Virus record (IMG/VR): IMGVR_UViG_3300045988_080187 | Coordinates: 1-39,616 of that record | Direction: 5' to 3' (one strand) | Length of the DNA stretch: 39,616 bases | Source of the DNA: a virus | In this document: positions 1 through 7,715 of the stretch, piece by piece | How the letters are laid out: each line of letters starts with the position of its first letter | Numbering within the stretch: the first letter of the stretch is position 1 | The notes under the pieces: generated by a model | What the model saw: the letters and a program-made list of their open reading frames with translations, nothing else | What the model was told of the DNA's origin: nothing | The model's database searches: none | Translations under genes and position numbers: made by a program

Positions 1-119
1 ACTTCTCATTGGGCTGATAATCGGCGTCATAAGCCTAACTCCTTTGGCGTATACTTCTTGTCAACTTTCATACCTTTATACTTTGTTGCTTTTTTAAAGT
101 ACGGCAAGTTAACATGTTC
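1..119. repeat. 119-bp exact terminal direct repeat, copy 1. It is identical to 39498..39616, indicating circular closure or terminal redundancy of the assembled genome.
   Basis: The first 119 bases are identical to the last 119 bases of the window. Confidence 0.9.
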
Positions 120-428
120 TTCATGACAAACTACAATCCTAATGAATTGCTTTTTCGCATATATATTCTCCATCTTTTCAATTGATGTTACTCTGTTTCT
201 AAATGGTTTAATAACTGCCGAGAGATATTCTCTTTCAACATCGTCTAATACTGCTGATTCTTTATATTCTTCTAGAAGCCATTTAAGAAAACGCTCCTTG
301 CATTCACCACAGTTCGTGTGAGGACAGTAAACTACATTTTCTCCATATAATCCTCTTAGCCTTGTTTCAAGATGACAATTGTTCAAATTCTCTAATACAA
401 CGTCCTTATACTTTTCAATGTTTCTCAT
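27..428 (-). CDS. Hypothetical protein, 133 aa. It is a paralog of 425..958 through a shared C-terminal domain of about 75 aa.
   Basis: ORF track. The C-terminus VLDDVEREYLSAVIKPFRNRV...KYKGMKVDKKYTPKELGL aligns with ILDDVERKYLSEVIRPFRKKV...MYKGMELHKEYTLEELGL of the neighbouring gene. Its stop overlaps in ATGA fashion the start of the gene that wraps to 39527. Confidence 0.6.
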   Translation of the reverse strand: MRNIEKYKDVVLENLNNCHLETRLRGLYGENVVYCPHTNCGECKERFLKWLLEEYKESAVLDDVEREYLSAVIKPFRNRVTSIEKMENIYAKKQFIRIVVCHEEHVNLPYFKKATKYKGMKVDKKYTPKELGL

Positions 429-958
429 AGCCCTAACTCCTCAAGTGTGTATTCTTTATGTAATTCCATTCCTTTATACATCGCATTCGGTTTAAAGTTT
501 GGGAGATTAATACAATCTTCATCATAAAGTTTAATATGTACAAACTGTTTGGAACCATTACAAGTATCCCAAATTGCAATGTGTTTTACTTTTTTTCTAA
601 AAGGTCTAATGACTTCTGACAAATACTTTCTTTCCACATCATCTAGGATTTTTTCTTCATATGGTCGAGCCATCCAATCTAAGATGTCATTTGTGTAAGA
701 TGAGTAATAACAATCTGTTTCAATACTTTCATCAATTTCTTTTTTGATTTTAAATACTATATTTCCAGGCTCTGTATAATTTTCATTGAACATTTTCTTT
801 AATTCTTCTTTATAGTGTTGTAAATTTGTTTCTTTCATTTCTTTCTCCTTCTTTTCTTCTGGAATATACGTCCAAGTTGTAATTCCACTTTCTATATAAT
901 GCTCGACAATATACTTAGCTCTTATTACTTCCCCATCAAACATTTCTTCAGCGTTCAT
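425..958 (-). CDS. Hypothetical protein, 177 aa, tandem paralog of 27..428.
   Basis: ORF track. It shares a C-terminal domain with the adjacent gene and overlaps its start by 4 nt. Confidence 0.6.
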   Translation of the reverse strand: MNAEEMFDGEVIRAKYIVEHYIESGITTWTYIPEEKKEKEMKETNLQHYKEELKKMFNENYTEPGNIVFKIKKEIDESIETDCYYSSYTNDILDWMARPYEEKILDDVERKYLSEVIRPFRKKVKHIAIWDTCNGSKQFVHIKLYDEDCINLPNFKPNAMYKGMELHKEYTLEELGL

Positions 959-1359
959 TTTCTTTTTTCCTCTGTAGAATTTATATCAATCAATCCATGC
1001 ATAATTGCTTCTTTAGCCGGGAAGAAAGATATTTCATATGCATATTGATTTGTCTTTCTCGGTTCAAGCTGAATAGATGTATATGTAACATCATCAGACA
1101 AATGAGCATAAAACAATTTGTATTCATCTTCACCTGTTCTGATCATTACATTCAAATCGCCATCACTGTCTGTATCAATTGAGATATAGCCTTCAACTGA
1201 AAACAATGTTTCATCTGTTCGGGTATTGAGTGCTACTACTTTTCTTCTAACCTTAAAATTGTTTGCATCATTTCTAAGATTGTAATTAACCGCACATGAT
1301 TTTTGACACCCTGTCAACATGAGTAATGTTGAAAGTGCAACTATTGTTCTACTTTTCAT
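955..1359 (-). CDS. Predicted lipoprotein, candidate superinfection-exclusion or surface protein. The likely start is the M at residue 5 of the track ORF 955..1371.
   Basis: The N-terminus MKSRTIVALSTLLMLTGC carries a signal peptide with an L-T-G-C lipobox. The rest of the protein is hydrophilic and rich in D and T. Confidence 0.6.
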   Translation of the reverse strand: MKSRTIVALSTLLMLTGCQKSCAVNYNLRNDANNFKVRRKVVALNTRTDETLFSVEGYISIDTDSDGDLNVMIRTGEDEYKLFYAHLSDDVTYTSIQLEPRKTNQYAYEISFFPAKEAIMHGLIDINSTEEKRK

Positions 1360-1382
1360 TTTAATTTCCATTTAACTCTTCC

Positions 1383-1769
1383 TCATACTTGTTCTTGATC
1401 AACCTCATCTGTTCCGATTTTTTCTTTAATTTTTTCTTTTATTGCATATGCCCAATTTGCATTTGTATCATCTGGGCATTCAAATCCGATATCTGTTGAA
1501 ATACACGCACATCTTCCTAAATATTCCAAAGGGCAAAGCACGTTACCGTATCCTGTTGCATCGTCCAATAGCGAAGCAACTTCTTCAATTACTTCGTCGT
1601 AATACCCAAGGATACGCATTGAGCCTTCTACTGAATGCTCATATGTATCTTCCAAATTGTGATAGTTGTAATCAGCTAGATGCAATAAATCTATCAATTC
1701 TTCTTTTGTGAAAGACTTCAATGTTGAGTCTGAATATATCTTTTTTCCAAGGCATCCTCTATTGTTCAT
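1383..1769 (-). CDS. Hypothetical protein, 128 aa, Cys-containing (CPLEYLGRCAC...ECPDD).
   Basis: ORF track; function unknown. Confidence 0.5.
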   Translation of the reverse strand: MNNRGCLGKKIYSDSTLKSFTKEELIDLLHLADYNYHNLEDTYEHSVEGSMRILGYYDEVIEEVASLLDDATGYGNVLCPLEYLGRCACISTDIGFECPDDTNANWAYAIKEKIKEKIGTDEVDQEQV

Positions 1770-1917
1770 CTGTTCTTTCCTTCTTCAGCAAATCTACAAT
1801 CTTTGCTAGTTCTTCATATGTCATCACAACATTTACCTTTTCACGTTTATCAAACGCATAATACACTTTCCAAAAAGGTGGAAATTTAATTGCAACATTC
1901 AAATCATACGTATTCAT
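1759..1917 (-). CDS. Small hypothetical protein, about 52 aa. The start was moved to the internal ATG of track ORF 1759..2046, which is preceded by GGAGAAGAAGAA.
   Basis: A strong RBS (GGAGAAGAAGAA) lies immediately upstream of M44. The longer track ORF overlaps the upstream gene extensively. Confidence 0.35.
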   Translation of the reverse strand: MNTYDLNVAIKFPPFWKVYYAFDKREKVNVVMTYEELAKIVDLLKKERTDEQ

Positions 1918-2176
1918 TTCTTCTTCTCCTAACGATTTCATCAACCAATTCTTTGATTGCTTTCTCTCTTTGCTCTTTTTCTCCATGCCACACAAGTTTT
2001 TGAGTGCAGTAAGGGCAATACTCTTCAACACCAACCAAATTTGCATAACAAGAAGGGCAAATTATTCTCCAACCGTTATCTGTAACGACCACTCGCCTAG
2101 GTATATCTTTGTTTTTGTTGTATTCTTTAATCTTTTTCAAGATTTCATCTGCAGCCTGTTTTTCTTCTTTAGTCAT
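1904..2176 (-). CDS. Zinc-ribbon protein, 90 aa (CPSC...CPYC).
   Basis: Two CxxC pairs spaced as in a zinc ribbon; ORF track. Confidence 0.55.
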   Translation of the reverse strand: MTKEEKQAADEILKKIKEYNKNKDIPRRVVVTDNGWRIICPSCYANLVGVEEYCPYCTQKLVWHGEKEQREKAIKELVDEIVRRRRNEYV

Positions 2177-2351
2177 GATTATGTTCCTTCATAATTTTTT
2201 CTCTAATTTCTTTTCCTTTTGTTAATGCTTCTTCTTTTGTTCGAAAGAAATTACCCTTGTAAAGTCGTAAGTAGTCTATGTTTCCATCTTGCCAAGAAAG
2301 CTCGTAACATAGTTCTCCTGTAGGAAGATAGTACCAATATCCACGTTTCAT
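2169..2351 (-). CDS. Small protein, 60 aa. Its C-terminal motif (FRTKEEALTKGKEIREKIMKEH) is shared with 2605..3018.
   Basis: ORF track; similarity to the C-terminus (FKTSEEAQSKGKEIMEQIKEEY) of the 137-aa protein. Confidence 0.5.
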   Translation of the reverse strand: MKRGYWYYLPTGELCYELSWQDGNIDYLRLYKGNFFRTKEEALTKGKEIREKIMKEHNHD

Positions 2352-2608
2352 TCTTCTTCATACTCCTTCTGAATATTGCTTAAATTCACTGTTTTTGTCT
2401 TTTCCATTGGAGCATCAGCATCAGCGTCTATCCAAGAATCCAGCTTTGTATACAGAAGAAGCAATTCTGCTTTTAAACAGGTTAGAAATGCTTCTCTAAT
2501 ATTTTCGTTATCACATTCTTCGTAACAGTATTTTTTGTTTCGAAGCACTCTTTTAACGCTATTGATAGATTTGAGTACATCATTTAACTGCTCGCTTGCG
2601 TTTTTCAT
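2348..2608 (-). CDS. Hypothetical protein, about 86 aa. The start is the internal ATG, which forms an ATGA overlap with the stop of 2605..3018.
   Basis: Track ORF 2348..2767 is trimmed to the M54 codon at 2608..2606, which overlaps the upstream stop at 2607..2605. Confidence 0.45.
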   Translation of the reverse strand: MKNASEQLNDVLKSINSVKRVLRNKKYCYEECDNENIREAFLTCLKAELLLLYTKLDSWIDADADAPMEKTKTVNLSNIQKEYEEE

Positions 2609-3018
2609 GCTTCTTCGTACTCCTCTTTGATTTGTTCCATGATTTCCTTGCCTTTGGATTGTGCTTCTTCGCTTGTTTTGAAACAATTGCCTAACTTCCA
2701 GCAAGCAAAATCCGCGGAAGACCCATTCCAATGCTTGAACTGAGCAAGTTCTAGATATGTTGCCCACTTCCAGTAGGCATCGCCATTTTTAGGTTTCCAT
2801 GGTTTAGGCACTGCTTTGTAATCGCCACTTAAAAGATTTTTGAGGAATATTGATGTTTCACTATGCCAAGCACCGTTTGTTGTTGCTTTAAAACACAATC
2901 CATTTTCTGTGATTTTGTATGAAGCATAATTTATTTTTTTGCCATCAGCATCTGTGAGATTGAACTCTTGTTCAAGTTCAAGCCCTAGCATTTCTGCAAA
3001 TTGTTCCCAATATTTCAT
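2605..3018 (-). CDS. Hypothetical protein, 137 aa, W-rich, whose C-terminal motif is shared with 2169..2351.
   Basis: ORF track. Confidence 0.55.
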   Translation of the reverse strand: MKYWEQFAEMLGLELEQEFNLTDADGKKINYASYKITENGLCFKATTNGAWHSETSIFLKNLLSGDYKAVPKPWKPKNGDAYWKWATYLELAQFKHWNGSSADFACWKLGNCFKTSEEAQSKGKEIMEQIKEEYEEA

Positions 3019-3242
3019 CTTTCTTCCTCTAATAAGTCTCTTGCTCTGTCAATCGTCACACTCATCTTAAATGGTATGCAATCGTCATTCTCAGCGTCTA
3101 GTTCACATGTTGTACAATTGTCGCTCTTAATATCTCGTTCGTATTTTGTGCAAATGTGGTTAAAACAAATTATTGAATGCAATTCATTTGCCAAACATCT
3201 CAATTCTTTTAAGCATTCATCTAATTCTTTGTTATAGTTCAT
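3015..3242 (-). CDS. Small Cys-rich protein, 75 aa, paralog A of a tandem family. The family N-terminus is MNYNKELDECLKEL.
   Basis: The N-terminal motif is shared with 3453..3671 and 3683..3850; it has multiple Cys pairs. Confidence 0.5.
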   Translation of the reverse strand: MNYNKELDECLKELRCLANELHSIICFNHICTKYERDIKSDNCTTCELDAENDDCIPFKMSVTIDRARDLLEEER

Positions 3243-3499
3243 TGTTCTTTTCCAATTTCTGATCTGTCAATTTCTTCAATAATTTTTACAGTTCCTTCTG
3301 TAAGTCTGCGTGCTAGTTCTCCTAGCTTTTGAATATCATCTAAAAGATTTTTATCATGTGATAAAATCAGTTCTTTCAGTTTTAGCATTGCAGATGGTTC
3401 ATCTAACGCAATTTCAAAATCTGCAGAAAACTGTTGAAGCATCCATGTATATTTATCTGTCTGTTTGCAGTCGTTCATTTTTTCCCCCGTATAGTTCAT
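3239..3499 (-). CDS. Hypothetical protein, 86 aa.
   Basis: ORF track. Confidence 0.45.
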   Translation of the reverse strand: MNYTGEKMNDCKQTDKYTWMLQQFSADFEIALDEPSAMLKLKELILSHDKNLLDDIQKLGELARRLTEGTVKIIEEIDRSEIGKEQ

Positions 3500-3671
3500 G
3501 AAGTAAATAATTTACTTTGCAAAATGTGTATTCACTATTTTCTTTTTTATTCAAAATACATCCTTTGCAGAATTTTCCTTTACAAAAACCGAAATAAACA
3601 TTTGCTATGCATTCACGTAATTCTTTTATGTGCATATATATCCACATATCTATTTGTTTGTTGTAATTCAT
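3453..3671 (-). CDS. Small Cys-rich protein, 72 aa, paralog B (MNYNKQID...FCKGKFCKGC).
   Basis: RBS TAGGAGAAACAACA precedes the ATG; it shares the N-terminal motif and the C-x-G-K-F-C motif with 3683..3850. Confidence 0.45.
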   Translation of the reverse strand: MNYNKQIDMWIYMHIKELRECIANVYFGFCKGKFCKGCILNKKENSEYTFCKVNYLLHELYGGKNERLQTDR

Positions 3672-3682
3672 TGTTGTTTCTC

Positions 3683-3850
3683 CTATAATTCATCAATTAA
3701 ATCCCCTAAGGTTATCAGCAAGCAATCACCAAATGGCTCATCAAGAGGACATTCTGTACAGAATTTTCCTTCACAGAAACGCTCATGCAACTTGTCATAC
3801 AACCCATTCAATTCTTTTACACACTCGTCTATTTCTTTGTATTCACTCAT
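3683..3850 (-). CDS. Small Cys-rich protein, 55 aa, paralog C (MSEYKEIDECVKEL...FCEGKFCTECP). It is absent from the ORF track because it is shorter than 60 aa.
   Basis: Hand translation of the minus strand. It is preceded by the conserved initiation cassette AAGGACAAGGATATG. Confidence 0.4.
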   Translation of the reverse strand: MSEYKEIDECVKELNGLYDKLHERFCEGKFCTECPLDEPFGDCLLITLGDLIDEL

Positions 3851-3860
3851 ATCCTTGTCC

Positions 3861-4088
3861 TTACAACCTTTCTATTATTTGCTGAATCTTTTTTATCTTG
3901 TTTTCATACAGAACTCTGTTCTTATGCATCTTCAGTTTCAGCTCGTTTTCTTTCTCTTCTAGTGTCTTTTCATAGCATTCCTTTTTTCTGTACAGCTCTT
4001 CTTTCAACTCCTTGACATTTTTTCTTTTTGAAAGGATCTTCGGATTGTTCGAAAAACACCATTCACTTAATTCTTCTTTAGCATCCAT
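3861..4088 (-). CDS. Small coiled-coil protein, 75 aa, K/E-rich.
   Basis: ORF track. Confidence 0.4.
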   Translation of the reverse strand: MDAKEELSEWCFSNNPKILSKRKNVKELKEELYRKKECYEKTLEEKENELKLKMHKNRVLYENKIKKIQQIIERL

Positions 4089-4102
4089 TTATGACTTCTT
4101 TT

Positions 4103-5089
4103 TTAAAATAGATTTAACTCTTTTTCTTCTGTTTCTCCCAGAATCAGTTTTCGAAATATGCTTTCGAAAATTGGAACTGGAATTGAATTTCCTGCTTGCT
4201 TGTACAATGCACTGTTCATACATCCTTCTTTTCCTGGGTTTACCATTGCTGCATTATCGAAATCCTCATCCGTATACCCTTGAAGTCTCCAACATTCACG
4301 TTCCGTCAAATATCTGTATATTCCATCGTCTAGCTTAATTACACCACTGTTAGGACTCCTCATTTGTTTGCATGTGATCGTATATGCATAGTTCTCAATT
4401 ACATTCACACCAAAACTTGAATTTTTACCAGCTTTGATTTTTTCAATCATCGAAGGCTGCGTGACTCTGTAATAATCAGCAGTATTTTCTTCCAAGAAAT
4501 CTTTGATATCTCTCATCGGTGTATGAATCAAATCTGAAAAATCAAAGTATTCGTTTCCTTGAATACTGACTGTGAAATATCGCTTTCGAGCTTGTGGAAG
4601 TCCAAAATCTCTTGCGTCCAGAAGTTCGAATGATGATACATATCCCATCTTTGCAAGTTCCGACATATACCTATTGTGATTGTGTACCATGTACTTGGAA
4701 CGTACATTTTTGACGTTTTCCCATATCACAACTTTAGGTTTCCAAACACCCATGTTCTGAATGATTTTGATTGTTTCCCACATCAGACTTGAACGTGTCT
4801 CTGAGCCTTCATCAGCACCTTTCTGTTTTCCTGCAATGCTGAAATCTTGGCATGGCGAGCCATGAACAAGAATGTCTGGTCTTAGATTCCACCCAACAAC
4901 GGTTTGCGTCTTGTATTGGAGTTCATCAGCAAACATGGCATTGTAAGACCTAACTGCTTTCTCATCAATTTCTACATAGTCAATTGACTTTATAGGAATC
5001 CCAAGATTTCTAAGAGCACATCTTGGTGAGCCAATTCCGCCGAATAGTTCAAGGATTTGAATCGTTTTTACTTCACCCTCAGAAGTCAT
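4103..5089 (-). CDS. DNA cytosine-5 methyltransferase (orphan; no cognate restriction enzyme in the window).
   Basis: Motif I ILELFGGIG, motif IV GSPCQDFS and motif VI ENV are present in the canonical order. Confidence 0.9.
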   Translation of the reverse strand: MTSEGEVKTIQILELFGGIGSPRCALRNLGIPIKSIDYVEIDEKAVRSYNAMFADELQYKTQTVVGWNLRPDILVHGSPCQDFSIAGKQKGADEGSETRSSLMWETIKIIQNMGVWKPKVVIWENVKNVRSKYMVHNHNRYMSELAKMGYVSSFELLDARDFGLPQARKRYFTVSIQGNEYFDFSDLIHTPMRDIKDFLEENTADYYRVTQPSMIEKIKAGKNSSFGVNVIENYAYTITCKQMRSPNSGVIKLDDGIYRYLTERECWRLQGYTDEDFDNAAMVNPGKEGCMNSALYKQAGNSIPVPIFESIFRKLILGETEEKELNLF

Positions 5090-5949
5090 TTTCCTTCAAA
5101 TTGTCTCTGTAGCTCTAATGCTTTAGCTAATGTTTCCTCATTAACTGGTGTAGAGACAATATCTCCTTTCTCTTGTTTCTTCATATAGTCTGGCATTTCT
5201 ACCTCATTTGATTTGTAATTATTCTGTAATGCATAGAAAGTCTGCCAGTTGTGTTCAACACTCTGATTAACTATTTCAATTCTTTCTGAATCATTCTGAG
5301 ATAGCTTGTCTAGCTTGTTTAACGCAAATTTAAACGCATATTCTGTTTGAACTGCTTTCTTGATAGACTTACGCATGTCTAGAAATGCCTTTAATGCTTC
5401 TCTTAATTCTTCATTTTCAGTGAAAGAATTAACCATTCCATCTAAGTCGGCTTTAGCTGACTTCTTTTTTTTCTTTGTATCTATCTCTGTATCTTCTCTA
5501 CTCTTCTCTATCTCTTTCTCTTTCTCTGTGTTACATTTTGTTTCAATAGTGTTTCCTTGTAACACAGAAGCGTTACATTGTAACAATTTTTGGGCTTCTC
5601 TATGCTTTCTAACACGCTCTGTGACTGCACTTTCACTGCCTACCATTTCAGCCAGTCGTGTCAGTTCTACTTCTGAATCTGTAACAATAAGTAAGCCTTT
5701 CTTTTCGAGGTAGCTGATTGTAACTTGTACATCATCTGCACTTTCATTGATATCTAATGCAATCTCGTCACAGATCGTATCTTCAATTCCTTCATAGAAA
5801 AGTTTCCCATCATCTTCCATAGATTTGAGAAGCATCTTCAAGTAAATAATCGTATACGTGTCTCCACCAGCAATCTGTCTTAATCTTTTTATTGCCTTAT
5901 CTTCAAAGAAGTTTTTAGGCAGTTTTAACCAGTAATATCTTTTTGCCAT
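5086..5949 (-). CDS. Phage replisome organizer (DnaD-like) protein.
   Basis: The N-terminus MAKRYYWLKLPKNFFEDKAIKRLRQIAGGDTYTIIYLKML is typical of the phage replisome-organizer N-terminal domain. It has a central low-complexity K/E-rich linker and a C-terminal DnaD-like region. Confidence 0.75.
   Translation of the reverse strand: MAKRYYWLKLPKNFFEDKAIKRLRQIAGGDTYTIIYLKMLLKSMEDDGKLFYEGIEDTICDEIALDINESADDVQVTISYLEKKGLLIVTDSEVELTRLAEMVGSESAVTERVRKHREAQKLLQCNASVLQGNTIETKCNTEKEKEIEKSREDTEIDTKKKKKSAKADLDGMVNSFTENEELREALKAFLDMRKSIKKAVQTEYAFKFALNKLDKLSQNDSERIEIVNQSVEHNWQTFYALQNNYKSNEVEMPDYMKKQEKGDIVSTPVNEETLAKALELQRQFEGK
5460..5590. promoter_or_regulatory. Candidate origin of replication inside the replisome-organizer gene: inverted repeats TGTTACA/TGTAACA, the 13-bp palindrome GTTACATTGTAAC, and a CT-rich low-complexity tract.
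   Basis: Repeats read directly from the sequence. Phage origins commonly lie within the organizer gene. Confidence 0.35.
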
Positions 5950-6354
5950 TTAAATCTCCTCTATAGTCACGTATATTGATTCTTTTTCTGAATATTGCTT
6001 GTATACGCTTAACCAAGCAATCTGTTTGTCATCATCGTATGCAACTTCGTTTAATGCATCGCATATTGTTTTTGCAATGTTGTCTGCATCTGGTTTCTTT
6101 GTAGGTCTGTTTTGAGCGTTTAGAAGCTCTTCTCGTGCCTTCTTTGATATATGTGTAGGAATTCCCAGATTAGCTACAATTGATACTTTTAAAGCCCCAT
6201 TTAGCTTTGTATTGCCTATCTCTGATAGATATGCTGATTTAATCAGCTGTTCATAGTCTCTTGTTTTCTGTGGTGTATATGCATGACCTGCTCTTGTGAA
6301 TCTTGGTCTACCTTTGGGAACGATCTTCCCTTTGATTCTGAAACTCACTCTCAC
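5950..6354 (-). CDS. rusA: RusA-type Holliday junction resolvase.
   Basis: GKIVPKGRPRF and PDADNIAKTICDALNEVAYDDDKQI match RusA family signatures. Confidence 0.85.
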   Translation of the reverse strand: MRVSFRIKGKIVPKGRPRFTRAGHAYTPQKTRDYEQLIKSAYLSEIGNTKLNGALKVSIVANLGIPTHISKKAREELLNAQNRPTKKPDADNIAKTICDALNEVAYDDDKQIAWLSVYKQYSEKESIYVTIEEI

Positions 6355-6707
6355 AGATAACTCTTCCCATACATCTTGATAAACTCACCTCTTGCATCTG
6401 GCTTTGGTACAGATGGATGAGAAGAAACAAATCTTTCTTCCCATTTTCTCTGCGTATATGCTTTGAGCCATCTTGCTCTCTCTGGGTCTCTGTGAACCGA
6501 ATGATTTCCATCAACATGATGGTATGAGCACAGATAGCACCAGCATCCATCTCTGTCTGATTTGCTTCGATATGCACCGTTGTAAATGTGATGTACATGC
6601 AGATTCATTGTTGAATTGCATATAAAGCACTGCTTTTCTTCTGAAATGATTGATTTTCCTCTAGTCATTGCTTGCGTTACCCCATTCTCTTGACAGCTGA
6701 TTTTCAA
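6351..6707 (-). CDS. HNH endonuclease; the start is uncertain.
   Basis: CFICNSTMNLHVHHIYNG...CWCYLCSYHH: an HNH core with zinc-binding Cys pairs. Confidence 0.7.
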   Translation of the reverse strand: MKISCQENGVTQAMTRGKSIISEEKQCFICNSTMNLHVHHIYNGAYRSKSDRDGCWCYLCSYHHVDGNHSVHRDPERARWLKAYTQRKWEERFVSSHPSVPKPDARGEFIKMYGKSYL

Positions 6708-7005
6708 TTAATCTCAGCTCTAATTTGATTGTGTTTATTGCTTCAAGATTTGCCTTGTATACTGTTTCTGCAACATCTCTCTTGAATCTTGCTTCAGCTA
6801 CACTTGGGATTCCGTAACATGTCTTATCAATCATCCCAATTGCCATCCCTTCATCTCTGAGCTTCAAACACTCCTGTCTTAGCAGAATCTTGTAATCTCT
6901 TTCTGCTGTTGCATATGCAGTTCCACTCTTTCTCAACTCTTTTACTGACAGTGACAACTGCTGTTTTTTCATCTGAAGCTCAGTGTATAAGTCGTATTCT
7001 TCCAT
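6661..7005 (-). CDS. Hypothetical protein, 114 aa.
   Basis: ORF track. Confidence 0.5.
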   Translation of the reverse strand: MEEYDLYTELQMKKQQLSLSVKELRKSGTAYATAERDYKILLRQECLKLRDEGMAIGMIDKTCYGIPSVAEARFKRDVAETVYKANLEAINTIKLELRLIENQLSREWGNASND

Positions 7006-7013
7006 CTGTTACC

Positions 7014-7400
7014 CTAGAATGGAAGGTCATCATCTGAAACACTTACAGGTACTTCTGCTACCTCTACAACTTCATTCTGTTGTGTTTTAGCCGAGTTATC
7101 AGACTTGGATGACAAATACTCCACAGTATTTGCAATCACTTCTGTAACGTAGGCTTTTGTGCCATCCTGTCTTTCATAGCTTCTTGTCTGTAGTCTTCCA
7201 TTCACACCGATCATTCTTCCTTTTTTTTGATAGGTGCATAGGTTTTCTGCTGTTTTTTCAAAGCATACAATCTGTGGAAAATCTGTATGTTCCTTGTCTT
7301 TATTTACAGCTAGAGCAAATACACAGACCTTTGTTCCACTCTGCGTTACTTTCAATTCTGGATTTGCTGTAAGTCTTCCTGTTAATACAACATTGTTCAT
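7014..7400 (-). CDS. ssb: Single-stranded DNA-binding protein.
   Basis: An OB-fold N-terminus (MNNVVLTGRLTANPELK...) and the acidic C-terminal tail DDDLPF. Confidence 0.9.
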   Translation of the reverse strand: MNNVVLTGRLTANPELKVTQSGTKVCVFALAVNKDKEHTDFPQIVCFEKTAENLCTYQKKGRMIGVNGRLQTRSYERQDGTKAYVTEVIANTVEYLSSKSDNSAKTQQNEVVEVAEVPVSVSDDDLPF

Positions 7401-7699
7401 TCTCTGGTCTCCATTGTTTGTTCTTCATATACTGCCAATGCTTTTAGAAAATCATCTTCAATCTTGAATGCAAGTTTGAATGCATCAATAACATCTTGAC
7501 TAGATGTATTTACAATCTTGCGAATTCTGAACAACTCTTTGCCGTTATTCAATTCTCCAAGCATCAGCTTCGTGCTTTCTGTTCTAAACACGTAACCACT
7601 CTCAAATATCTTTGGTTGTTTTCTAAAGAATAATTCATTTTCATTTTCGTAACAGTTTTCACTGTCCAGTAATCTATCCACGATTAGAAATGTGCTCAT
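7397..7699 (-). CDS. Hypothetical protein, 100 aa.
   Basis: ORF track; its start lies in the conserved initiation cassette. Confidence 0.5.
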   Translation of the reverse strand: MSTFLIVDRLLDSENCYENENELFFRKQPKIFESGYVFRTESTKLMLGELNNGKELFRIRKIVNTSSQDVIDAFKLAFKIEDDFLKALAVYEEQTMETRE

Positions 7700-7715
7700 G
7701 TCCTTGTCCTTCTTT

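Noticed and set aside
1-119. Terminal direct repeats as a sign of an IS element or LTR-type mobile element.
   Set aside because: The genes are continuous across the junction and there is no transposase. The repeat is the overlap of a circular phage genome assembly.
5460-5530. Short CT/CTCTT iterations that could be mistaken for a CRISPR-like or satellite array.
   Set aside because: There are no regular repeat-spacer units. The tract encodes the K/E-rich linker of the organizer and is better explained as low complexity or an ori. No CRISPR array was found anywhere in the window.
5360-5713. A plus-strand 117-aa ORF inside the replisome organizer gene.
   Set aside because: It is antisense to a well-supported gene and is a low-complexity translation of a CT-rich tract, so it is spurious. 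Other plus-strand ORFs nested in minus-strand late genes are spurious for the same reason, for example 22019-22219, 23084-23443, 23630-24091, 25480-25965, 31908-32303 and 34926-35210.
6308-6598. Out-of-frame minus-strand ORFs overlapping well-supported genes; similar cases are at 8368-8670 and 21413-21610.
   Set aside because: They are embedded in recognisable genes (HNH, the annealing protein, the tail fibre) and have no independent signals.
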